From positions 1 to 37,228 of the forward strand of contig JAUCBJ010005559.1 in NCBI GenBank assembly GCA_032718475.1: a stretch of DNA of 37,228 nt, written 5' to 3'. Positions within the stretch are counted from its first letter, which is position 1; every line of letters starts with the position of its first letter. Below the pieces are notes generated by a model. The model was not told where the DNA came from and ran no database searches. It saw only the letters and a program-made list of their open reading frames with translations. This document shows, piece by piece, positions 12,190-23,140 of the stretch. The DNA comes from Nemertoderma westbladi (taxonomy: Eukaryota; Animalia; Xenacoelomorpha). A program made the translations under genes and the position numbers.

Positions 12190-13114
12190 TACGCATGTCC
12201 TTAGATCATCATAATGATGATGGGGTGATGATAACTCCACCTACTGGCTCCAGAAGTCGAGGAAATCCTGCCAAGTACCTAACTGATCTAGACTTTGCTG
12301 ATGATGACTTAGGAGTACTCTCAGAATCACTAGAGGGAGCCCAACGGCTCCTCAGCTCATTAGAACATGTTGCTTCTAGTGTTGGTCTTTTTATTAACTC
12401 CAGAAAGGCCAAACTTTTGACAGTTAACTTTAAAAGTCCTCAGCAAGTCTCTGATCGAATGAGCATAAGCTCAAAAGGATGGTATGCTTGAGCATGTGGA
12501 CGACTTCTGTTACCTGGGATCATGGATCCGGAAGTCAGGTGAGGACCTTCGAATACGTAAGGGAAAGGCATGGGCAGCCTTGAATAGGCTTTCCAGGATT
12601 TGGAAGTCACCGAGAATTAATCGGAAACTTAAGGTCCGATTATTTAGAGCAGCAGTAGTTCCAGTACTCCTCTATGGGAGTCCAGGCTTGGCTCTAACTG
12701 CTGAGGACACCAAATCTCTGGATGGCACATTCACAAGAATGCTACGCCGGTTTCATTGTGTCAAGTACAATGCACACATCTCCAACCAGACACTATATAA
12801 CATTGGAGGTGTCTCATTGGTTCCCCCAAGCTTGACACTAGAACAAAATCGCCTCCGCTTTGCAGGACATTGCTTTCGCCATGTGGACCAGCCAGTGCAT
12901 AATCTTGTACTTTGGCAGCCTCGTGGAGTGAATAAGCATGGTGGACAGCCCATAACTTTCTTGAGACGCATCTTAAGGACACTGGCCTTGAAGATGCGGA
13001 TGATCTAGCAAATGTCATGGGTGATAGGGAGTTGTGGTGGCACAATTTTGTCGACAAGATGGCACAGCATTCTTAAAAATGCAGCTGCAATGCAGTATGC
13101 GATCCTAGTAGTAG
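12190..13114 (+). mobile_element. 5'-truncated RTE-like LINE (family A) with (TAG)n tail and 14-bp target-site duplication
   Basis: RT motifs LTDLDFADD(D)L, DDFCYLGS, KVRLFRA.V.PVLLYG and RLRFAGHC. A frameshift lies near 12472-12476. Tail TAGTAGTAG at 13106-13114. GTAGTCTCTAATGT is duplicated at 12167-12180 and 13111-13124. Confidence 0.9.
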
Positions 13115-13167
13115 TCTCTAATGTCGCGATATAAATATGAATCACTAAATTGTTTTTTCCCGTGAAT

Positions 13168-13720
13168 GATTCTTCAGCGAACAACTAAATGATAGTCAGA
13201 TAATATATTCTGCAATGAGTAGAATGTCAATTCTTGCTATATGCACTAAACCAGGGGTGCTGAATATAAAAATAACCTCTAAAATATCTTAAAGTTGACA
13301 CAAATATGATTTTCTTACCTAATTTTTATTTCGTCATTTTTCTTTCGTTGATATTTTAAATATTATAATTAGTATGTGTAGGATAGCTAGAAGTAACCTA
13401 TTAATGTAATACTGTAACTATGGAATATACTATACATTTAGGGAGCGGTGTTAGAGCCAATCTCATTAAGATGATTTAACATTATATGCTCTTATATAGA
13501 GTATACTGCAAGTATTCTATAAATTGAAAGATTCAATGTTCAACGAAAGAAAAATGATGAAGTAATTTGCCAAGAAAATCATATTTGTGTCAACTTTAAG
13601 ATATTTTAGAGGTTATTTTTGAATTCAGCACCCCTGTTTGAGTGCATATAGCAAGTATTGGTATTCTACTCATTGCAGATCCTTTAAGTTACTATAATTT
13701 AGTTGTTTGCCAAAGAATCA
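13168..13720. repeat. Long imperfect palindrome (~180-bp arms, ~190-bp spacer)
   Basis: 13168-13351 is the imperfect reverse complement of 13540-13720, including an exact core AAAAATAACCTCTAAAATATCTTAAAGTTGACACAAATATGATTTTCTT. Confidence 0.9.
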
Positions 13721-14409
13721 AAGCGCGATATTTCTGTCTCACACTAAATCGCATTTTCTGAGAAACAACATTTTACCCGATTGGGGGTTTTTAAAAGTCT
13801 TCATTCTGAGAAGGTAGTTTATGATTCATTTTGAAGATAATTCATGTGAGAACTATTTGAATATTTTTATTTATGTTTCATTGAAAAGTTTTCATTCTAT
13901 GATAATTTGAATGAGAAAAGGACTGTATTTCTATCGCGATAGGCCTAATTTTTTAATATCTTTCCCCATAACTTGTTAAGTTGTTCACATCGAACCAAGA
14001 AAAATATTCAAACAATGAACACGCAACTATGTGACACCCTGGCAAGGTTTGGTCTAAATTAATTTGGGCCTTCTCCAGAAATATGATTTTAATTTCTTTT
14101 TAAATACGTGTGGCTTATGGTCCGAACTGCACATAAATCAAATTTCAACATGATTTCTGAACTTTTTGGCCCAAGACGGTCTTAAATATGTATTTGGATT
14201 CTTCATAGCTATTTTGGTTCTCCTGTAATGACACAATTTAAAAAGCAAAGCAAAAGCTGTCCGTCTGTCGGTTGTCAATCTGTCTACGTCTTACATTTTG
14301 ACAGGCCAATTATTGGCAGACAGATATCCCACGATAACTCGAGAACTAAAAGAGATCTCTCTAAGCCGTTTACAGATTTGAAATCCCCATTAAATTCTAC
14401 TAAAATAAA

Positions 14410-14722
14410 TGTGACAAAAGATATGGAATATGTGACAAAATATATGGAATATGTACAAAAGATTGGAATATGTGACGAAATATATGGAATATGTGACAAA
14501 AGATATGGAATATGTGACAAAAGATATGGAATATGTGACAAAAGATATGGAATATGTGACAAAAGATATGGAATATGTGACAAAAGATATGGAATATGTG
14601 ACAAAAGATATGGAATATGTGACAAAAGACATGGAATATGTGACAAAAAAATGGAATATGTGACAAAAGATATGGAATATGTGACAAAAGATATGGAATA
14701 TGTGACAAGAGGTATTGAATAT
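14410..14722. repeat. 21-bp minisatellite (TGTGACAAAAGATATGGAATA), ~14 copies
   Basis: Direct reading. It yields the MEYVTKD, GICDKRY and SHIPYLL repeat ORFs. Confidence 0.95.
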
Positions 14723-14931
14723 GCAACTTGTTGCTGGACCCCTCACACACAGGTTTGCCTCCCACACTCGCCTCCCTTATACATACTTATTTTTTATTCG
14801 AAAATTCCGTACTGAATATTGCATTACAGTAAGTTCTTTGAAAAAAAATTGTTTAATTACATTAAAGTGCAACAAAGGTGAAGATAAATTGGCGAATGTT
14901 TCGACATCTCCAACAATCGAGTTTTGTACTA

Positions 14932-17918
14932 GTCCTGTACTTTACCAAGCGATGTCCTGTACTTTACCAAGCGATGTCCGGCACTTTACCAAGCGATGTC
15001 CCGTACTTTACCAAGCGATGTCCCGTACTTTACCAAGCGATGTCCCGTACTTTACCAAGCGATGTCCCGTACTTTACCAAGCGATGTCCCGTACTTTACC
15101 AAGCGATGTCCCGTACTTTACCAAGCGATGTCCCGTACTTTGCCAAGCTATGTCCCGTACTTTACCAAGCGATGTCCCGTACTTTACGTACTGCCCCGTA
15201 CTTTACCAAGCGATGTCCCGTACTTTACCAAGCGATGTCCCGTACTTTACCAAGCGATGTCCCGTACTTTACCAAGCTATGTCCCGTACTTTACCAAGCG
15301 ATGTCCCGTACTTTACCAAGCGATGTCCCGTACTTTACCAAGCTATGTCCCGTACTTTACCAAGCGATGTCCCGTACTTTACGTACTGCCCCGTACTTTA
15401 CCAAGCGATGTCCCGTACTTTACCAAGCGATGCCCCGTACTTTACCAAGCGATGTCCCGTACTTTACCAAGCGATGTCCCGTACTTTACGTACTGTCCCG
15501 TACTTTACGTACTGTCCCGTACTTTACGTACTGTCCCGTACTTTACCAAGCGATGTCCCGTACTTTACCAAGCGATGTCCCGTACTTTACCAAGCGATGT
15601 CCCGTACTTTACCAAGCTATGTCCCGTACTTTACCAAGCGATGTCCCGTACTTTACGTACTGCCCCGTACTTTACCAAGCGATGTCCCGTACTTTACCAA
15701 GCGATGTCCCGTACTTTACCAAGCGATGTCCCGTACTTTACGTACTGTCCCGTACTTTACCAAGCAATGTCCCGTACTCTACCAAGCGATGTCCGGCACT
15801 TTACCAAGCGATGTCCGGCACTTTACCAAGCGATGTCCCGTACTTTACCAAGCGATGTCCCGTACTTTACGTACTGTCCCGTACTTTACCAAGCGATGTC
15901 CCGTACTTTACCAAGCGATGTCCCGTACTTTACCAAGCTATGTCCCGTACTTTACCAAGCGATGTCCCGTACTTTACGTACTGCCCCGTACTTTACCAAG
16001 CGATGTCCCGTACTTTACCAAGCGATGTCCCGTACTTTACCAAGCGATGTCCCGTACTTTACGTACTGTCCCGTACTTTACCAAGCGATGTCCCGTACTT
16101 TACCAAGCGATGTCCCGTACTTTACCAAGCTATGTCCCGTACTTTACCAAGCGATGTCCCGTACTTTACCAAGCGATGTCCGGCACTTTACCAAGCGATG
16201 TCCGGCACTTTACCAAGCGATGTCCCGTACTTTACCAAGCGATGTCCCGTACTTTATCAAGCGATGTGCCGTACTTTACCAAGCGATGTCCCGTACTTTA
16301 CCAAGCAATGTCCCGTACTTTACCAAGCTATGTCCCGTACTTTACCAAGCGATGTCCGGCACTTTACCAAGCGATGTCCCGTACTTTACGTACTGTCCCG
16401 TACTTTACCAAGCGATGTCCCGTACTTTACCAAGCGATGTCCCGTACTTTACCAAGCTATGTCCCGTACTTTACCAAGCGATGTCCCGTACTTTACCAAG
16501 CGATGTCCGGCACTTTACCAAGCGATGTCCGGCACTTTACCAAGCGATGTCCCGTACTTTACCAAGCGATGTCCCGTACTTTATCAAGCGATGTGCCGTA
16601 CTTTACCAAGCGATGTCCCGTACTTTACCAAGCGATGTCCCGTACTTTACCAAGCGATGTCCCGTACTTTACCAAGCAATGTCCCGTACTCTACCAAGCA
16701 ATGTCCGGCACTTTACCAAGCGATGTCCGGCACTTTACCAAGCGATGTCCCGTACTTTACCAAGCGATGTCCCGTACTTTACGTACTGTCCCGTACTTTA
16801 CCAAGCGATGTCCCGTACTTTACCAAGCGATGTCCCGTACTTTACCAAGCTATGTCCCGTACTTTACCAAGCGATGTCCCGTACTTTACGTACTGCCCCG
16901 TACTTTACCAAGCGATGTCCCGTACTTTACCAAGCGATGTCCCGTACTTTACGTACTGTCCCGTACTTTACCAAGCGATGTCCCGTACTTTACCAAGCTA
17001 TGTCCCGTACTTTACCAAGCGATGTCCCGTACTTTACGTACTGCCCCGTACTTTACCAAGCGATGTCCCGTACTTTATCAAGCGATGTGCCGTACTTTAC
17101 CAAGCGATGTCCCGTACTTTACCAAGCAATGTCCCGTACTTTACCAAGCTATGTCCCGTACTTTACCAAGCGATGTCCGGCACTTTACCAAGCGATGTCC
17201 CGTACTTTACGTACTGTCCCGTACTTTACGTACTGTCCCGTACTTTACCAAGCGATGTCCCGTACTTTACCAAGCGATGTCCCGTACTTCACCAAGCGAT
17301 GTCCGGCACTTTACCAAGCGATGTCCCGTACTTTACCAAGCGATGTCCCGTACTTTATCAAGCGATGTGCCGTACTTTACCAAGCGATGTCCCGTACTTT
17401 ACCAAGCAATGTCCCGTACTTTACCAAGCTATGTCCCGTACTTTACCAAGCGATGTCCGGCACTTTACCAAGCGATGTCCGGCACTTTACCAAGCGATGT
17501 CCCGTACTTTACCAAGCGATGTCCGGCACTTTACCAAGCGATGTCCCGTACTTTACGTACTGTCCCGTACTTTACGTACTGTCCCGTACTTTACCAAGCG
17601 ATGTCCCGTACTTTACCAAGCGATGTCCCGTACTTCACCAAGCGATGTCCGGCACTTTACCAAGCGATGTCCCGTACTTTACCAAGCGATGTCCCGTACT
17701 TTATCAAGCGATGTGCCGTACTTTACCAAGCGATGTCCCGTACTTTACCAAGCAATGTCCCGTACTTTACCAAGCTATGTCCCGTACTTTACCAAGCGAT
17801 GTCCGGCACTTTACCAAGCGATGTCCGGCACTTTACCAAGCGATGTCCCGTACTTTACCAAGCGATGTCCGGCACTTTACCAAGCGATGTCCCGTACGTT
17901 ACGTACTGTCCCGTACTG
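14932..17918. repeat. 22-bp minisatellite (GTCCCGTACTTTACCAAGCGAT) with interspersed 19-bp variant (GTCCCGTACTTTACGTACT)
   Basis: About 3 kb of homogeneous monomers. The plus-strand monomer has no stop triplet, so all three frames give the same 22-aa repeat. Confidence 0.97.
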
Positions 17919-18306
17919 TAGTGTAGTAATCCAGCAACGTAGTACTGCGCCAGATATTTAGCCTATATTTTACAAAGCTTTGTGGTAAACATACGGATGT
18001 GAGTTTTCCTGTATTTGTGAGGTATTAGTTATGATACATATATTATTAGGCCTATAGGAATTCTAGTGGTCGATTAGTTATGATACAGTGCATACTGTAT
18101 ATTTTAAGAATTCTATGGGTCGTAACTCTTAATAATTTTTTTTCCTGGATGGATAAACTTTTAATTATCAAAAATGTAAATAAACGCCCACCACCTATAC
18201 AGATATGTCAACAATCAGGTGCCTAGCTACTATTGTCAATATGAAATGATGTAAATAATTAAAACTGAAACAGTCTGGCAGTACTGTACTACTGTTCGGC
18301 CGCATT

Positions 18307-18573
18307 TCAAGTAGTGAGCGGGAGACCCGCCCCATCCTCGAGCCCCAGCCCGCTGCGCCACCTTACCCTAGAGCCACGCAGGCAGTGGGCGGAGCCACGG
18401 ATGATGGCAAAGGAAATCCGCCTCCGCACCCATCCCATAACCGTGCTGTAGGGGCGGTCCCATGCCTGGTGAAGCCTCTCGGCAATCACCCGCAACAGTT
18501 TATTGGCCTGGGGGGCCAACACTCTTTCACACGATGCGACGAAGGGTGAGAAGTCACCTCGGCGCGCTGACAC
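18307..18573 (-). mobile_element. 3' fragment of a CRE-like (restriction-like endonuclease) non-LTR retrotransposon
   Basis: FSPFVAS…AERLHQAWDRPYSTVMGWVRRRISFAIIRGSAHCLRGSR resembles the conserved C-terminus of CRE-clade ORFs. It is a GC-rich island in AT-rich flanks and is heavily 5'-truncated. Confidence 0.7.
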
Positions 18574-19242
18574 AGCCTCAGAGTAAAGCTTAATAATAAA
18601 TTAAGAATAATAGTGCGCGCCCGGGTTACTGCTTCAATCATGATACGTGAAAAACCAAATTTATAAATATTCAAATTATTTAATAAATTAAATTAAGTAG
18701 GTAAAATTACAAAGACCACACAAGTAACCATTAAGCTTTATCATTCGAGGGTTAAGACCTATATAATAATTCCTATATATCTTAATATTACAGTATTTTA
18801 TGCAATAATTAATTAATAAGAGGATATTTCTGGAAATACATTATTTACTATTAAACGTAAACTTTCAAATATATTAACATTTATTTATTAACTTTAAAAT
18901 AATATAATATGTTAAAGAATAAATTAATGAAATTGGAAATTTTCCGGAAAAATTATTAGGAATTTTCCTAAAATTTCGTGCATCCCTAGTAAAGATCAAC
19001 TAAACGCCGCAAATACGCACTAGTCGTGCCAACTGAAATAATAATTTAATGATTTCGCACGAATCCGTATTTGACTTTTCATAGTCATAGAGAGCTAGAA
19101 TTTTCTATAAAATGCCCAGTGATTCTCACCATAAACTAACATTATTTGTGCGCATATCTGCATTAAAGCAGATTCAATGCAAAGGCTCAAATAAATAACG
19201 GCATTGACTGTCAGACCATCTCCAAGTGTGCAGCTGGGGCCT

Positions 19243-20885
19243 TTCCCGCACCCACGCACCCCTACTTACCCGCACCCACCCACCCCTACTTACCCGCACC
19301 CACCCACCACTACTTACCCCCACCCACCCATACACACCCCCTTACCAGCACCCACCCACCCCTACTTACCCGCACCCACCCATACACACCCCGTCTTACC
19401 CGCACCCACCCACCCCTACTTACCCGCGCCCACCCACCCCTACTTACCCGCACCCACCCACCCCTACTTAGACGCACCAACCCATAAACACCCACTAACC
19501 CGCACCCACCCACCCCTACTTACCCGCACCCACCCACCACTACTTACCCGCACCCACCCATACACACCCCCTTACCAGCACCCACCCACCCCTAGTTACC
19601 CGCACCCACCCATACACACCCACTTACCCGCACCCACCCATACACACCCCCTTACCAGCACCCACCCACCCCTACTTACCCGCACCCACCCACCCCTACT
19701 TACCCGCACCCACCTACCACTACTTACCAGCACCCACCCACCCCTAGTTACCCGCACCCACCCATACACACCCACTTACCCGCACCCACCCACCCCTACT
19801 TACCCGCACCCACCCATACACACCCCCTTACCCGCACCGACCCACCCCTACTTACCCGCACCCACCCACCCCTACTTACCAGCACCCACCCACCCCTAGT
19901 TACCCGCACCCACCCATACACACCCCCTTACCCGTACCCACCCACCCCTACTTACCCGCACCCACCCACCCCTACTTACCAGCACCCACCCACCCCTAGT
20001 TACCCGCACCCACCCATACACACCCACTTACCCGCACCCACCCATACACACCCCCTTACCAGCACCCACCCACCCCTACTTACCCGCACCCACCCACCCC
20101 TACTTACCCGCACCCACCCACCCCTACTTACCCACACCCACCCACCACTACTTACCCCCACCCACCCATACACACCCCCTTACCAGCACCCACCCACCCC
20201 TACTTACCCGCACCCACCCATACACACCCACTTACCCGCACCCACCCATACACACCCCCTTACCAGCACCCACCCACCCCTAGTTACCCGCACCCACCCA
20301 TACACACCCACTTACCCGCACCCACCCACCCCTACTTACCCGCACCCACCCACCCCTACTTACCCGCGCCCACCCACCCCTACTTACCCGCACCCACCCA
20401 CCCCTACTTACCCGCGCCCACCCACCCCTACTTACCCGCACCCACCCACCCCTACTTAGACGCACCAACCCATAAACACCCACTAACCCGCACCCACCCA
20501 CCCCTACTTACCCGCACCCACCCACCACTACTTACCCGCACCCACCCATACACACCCCCTTACCAGCACCCACCCACCCCTAGTTACCCGCACCCACCCA
20601 TACACACCCACTTACCCGCACCCACCCATACACACCCCCTTACCAGCACCCACCCACCCCTAGTTACCCGCACCCACCCATACACACCCACTTACCCGCA
20701 CCCACCCACCCCTACTTACCCGCACCCACCTACCCCTACTTACCCGCACCCACCCACCCACACCCCCTTGCCTACAACCACCCACCCCTACTTACCCGCA
20801 CCAACCCATACACACCCCCTTACCCGCACCCATCCACCCCTACTTACCCGCACCCATCCACCCCTACAACCCCCCCTCCCCCTCC
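19243..20885. repeat. 24-bp C-rich/G-rich minisatellite (CTTACCCGCACCCACCCACCCCTA) with 28-bp variants
   Basis: About 65 monomers with extreme strand asymmetry. The minus strand reads GGGTAAGTAGGGGTGGGTGGGTGC. Confidence 0.95.
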
Positions 20886-21266
20886 ACACTAACACACACA
20901 GAAGTTTGGAAAACGGCCGTAGTATAATTATATGGCTCGCAGTTCTGACTTGACCCAAAATATTATCATTATCTGAGTTTAATATGAGTGGAGAAGATGC
21001 GCTCTTAATCATACAGTGAGGTTCCAGGATTATATATCAATATTAAATAAATATTATATTGTGACGTCTTATATTTCTTCTAATTTGACTAACAAACAAA
21101 ATATATTATTCTGATAAATTCATTAAAATAAAATAATATTATAAAATAAATACCCAATCTACCCACCGCAAAGAACACGTGCTAAAAGTAGAAAATAAAA
21201 TCAGCAAATTAAAATACAAACTGTACAAATGTGGTACACGAGAGCGGAGCGGAATAATGAATTGCG

Positions 21267-22496
21267 TTACAATTCCACCTTTCCCTTTCCGTCGCTCGAG
21301 TCACTTATTGTTTGCAGAATAAATGAATTCACATCGGGGTAATTGGGTTCCCCGAAATAAATAACCGCTTTATTGCCACGGGTGAAAAACATGAGCCGGG
21401 GATAGTCTGGGTCATAGACCCCGTTGGAGCGGCAAACATCGCGTAAGCGACTGCAGTCCATGGTAAAGAACCGCTCGGTTCTAGACTGAGACAGACTCTG
21501 GCTGGCCTTGAGGAAGCAGTCAGACATAGCGGTAGAGCGAGCGACGTTGATACCAGAGTGGTAGAAGACAACAAACATCATGTAGTTGAGTCTCGCCTTC
21601 TCAAACTCAACAACACTCGATATCTGACTAACAACTCGTTGTGCCTCAGCTGCCTTGGCCTCTATCAAGTCCTCCTCAATGTTATCCAACTGGGTCTCAA
21701 CAAAGTCCTCCATATCATCGAACAGGCGTTGTCCCATATACTGCTGGCCCCTTATTCCCCCCACGAACCACATAATAGTGGGGTAGGCAGACACCTGGTT
21801 CTGTGCGCAGATCGTCTGGTCTTTGGTGCAGTCCACGCTAGAGATGAACACAGAGTCAGATCTCTTAAAGCGAATCGCGAGTTTCAACCAATGTGGCTCC
21901 ATGTCCTTGCAGTGCTCGCACCACGGCGCGAAAAACTTAACGAAATGGCAGCCTCCGGACTGGATGAAAGGGTAGAAGCTGTCTGAGGAGAGTATGTAAT
22001 GGCCTTTCTCCGATGGGGGGCGGTTGTAAGAATCCGGGACGGGAGGAATAGGCAGGATCAGGGATTCACTCGGCACGTTCGATTGTATAAACTTAACGAA
22101 GGCATCAACAGTTCGTTCGCCTTTGTATTTAATCGGCTCTTTCCCCGGGATGTAGAGTTTCATTGCGGGGTATCCCTTGACGTGCTCCTCGTTGCATAGC
22201 GACGTAGCCAGTGTGCAGTCGACCTTTGATACGGCAACCATTCGTCGCTCACCCACGTCCCACTCCGCCGCTTTATCGCCCAGCGCATTCCACGCCGGCC
22301 CCAGACGCATGCAATGGCCGCACCACGGCGCGAAAAACATAACGAAATGTATCCCTTTTCCGACTTCTATGTTGAAGTTGTCGTCGGTTAGTAAATTAAC
22401 TAAACTCTGGGAGCCGAACAGGCTGCTGTCGTTGGCCCATGAACTAACAACTATTCCCGATAAAACAAAGAGTTTTAGTTGCCATCGGAAGAACAT
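21267..22496 (-). CDS. TXNDC5: Thioredoxin domain-containing protein 5 (ERp46)-like protein disulfide isomerase, single-exon CDS
   Basis: Signal peptide (MFFRWQLKLFVLSGIVVSSWA), two thioredoxin domains (HFVMFFAPWCGHC; HFVKFFAPWCEHC with VDCT motifs), a third degenerate Trx-like domain, and C-terminal KVEL. An alternative in-frame ATG lies at 22517; the ORF-track start at 22523 is TTG. Confidence 0.85.
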   Translation of the reverse strand: MFFRWQLKLFVLSGIVVSSWANDSSLFGSQSLVNLLTDDNFNIEVGKGIHFVMFFAPWCGHCMRLGPAWNALGDKAAEWDVGERRMVAVSKVDCTLATSLCNEEHVKGYPAMKLYIPGKEPIKYKGERTVDAFVKFIQSNVPSESLILPIPPVPDSYNRPPSEKGHYILSSDSFYPFIQSGGCHFVKFFAPWCEHCKDMEPHWLKLAIRFKRSDSVFISSVDCTKDQTICAQNQVSAYPTIMWFVGGIRGQQYMGQRLFDDMEDFVETQLDNIEEDLIEAKAAEAQRVVSQISSVVEFEKARLNYMMFVVFYHSGINVARSTAMSDCFLKASQSLSQSRTERFFTMDCSRLRDVCRSNGVYDPDYPRLMFFTRGNKAVIYFGEPNYPDVNSFILQTISDSSDGKGKVEL

Positions 22497-22517
22497 TGTA
22501 ATTTTATAAATGCCCAT

Positions 22518-23140
22518 TAACAAGTAGGTTAAACATCAATAGGCCTATATTTGATGTGAGCAGCTACAGCTAAAACGATACCCTGATACCGCAAGGAAAA
22601 TACGAAAATATAATGCAATCGAATTAGGCCTAGTACTCCATAGCAATCCTAAATAAAGTACCGATCCCGGTATAGTTCAGGTGGCGTAATTTAATGATAT
22701 ACCGGTAGTTACTATTACATGGATCTACCCATACATCCCGGCCCATACCAGCATACGCCAACCTCCGACTCCAGACTCTAGCCAGCATAAAAAGTAAAAA
22801 ATGCACGTGGCAGTTGGCAAATAAGAGTTTTAACGATAATCCACCATTGATTGGAGGGAAATTCAAACTACTGTAAGTGTAATAAGCATACCGGTAGCTA
22901 AAATAGTAGCGTACCGGTACCGGTACTGTACTGTACCTGTTCTATTACGGTACCGGTTTACTGAGATGATATCGTAGATATATGCCAATACCGGTACGAT
23001 TACTACTTAGTGCAACCGGTGTATTCGTCTGCCCGCGTGCTGGCCTGCATATAACTGTATAACTTTATTCAGATATAGGCTGCTAAGGGCGTACAGCGTA
23101 CAGCGTACAGGCTGACAGGACGTACCGATCTGCCGATCCA
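22518..23140. promoter_or_regulatory. Probable bidirectional promoter and 5' UTRs of TXNDC5-like and MFSD11-like genes, with a likely 200-nt 5'UTR intron (22873-23072 +)
   Basis: The two start codons diverge ~620-640 bp apart. CACGTGGCA lies at ~22804 and ATTGG (reverse CCAAT) at ~22850. There is a GTAAGT donor at 22873 and a TTTATTCAG acceptor ending at 23072. Confidence 0.5.

Larger units (their letters stand above)
12007..14400. mobile_element. Kolobok-like non-autonomous DNA element with long imperfect inverted ends; right end truncated
   Basis: Begins TTAA-GGGG. 12082-12155 (GTAGAATTTAATGGTGATTCCAAATCT…CGAGATATC) is an imperfect inverted match to ~14330-14400 (…AGATTTGAAATCCCCATTAAATTCTAC). 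It hosts a LINE insertion and an internal palindrome. The superfamily call rests only on the termini. Confidence 0.45.

Noticed and set aside
14715-17961. Three ~1000-aa ORFs
   Set aside because: All three frames encode the same 22-aa repeat because a stop-free 22-bp monomer cycles through frames. Not called as CDS.
19204-20501. Extensin-like Pro/His/Thr-rich and RGG-rich ORFs
   Set aside because: These are by-products of the 24-bp C-rich satellite, with stops at TAG variants and no credible start or signal peptide.
19243-20885. Telomeric repeat
   Set aside because: It is G-rich but a 24/28-bp unit, not TTAGGG/TTAGG, and it is interstitial between ordinary sequences.
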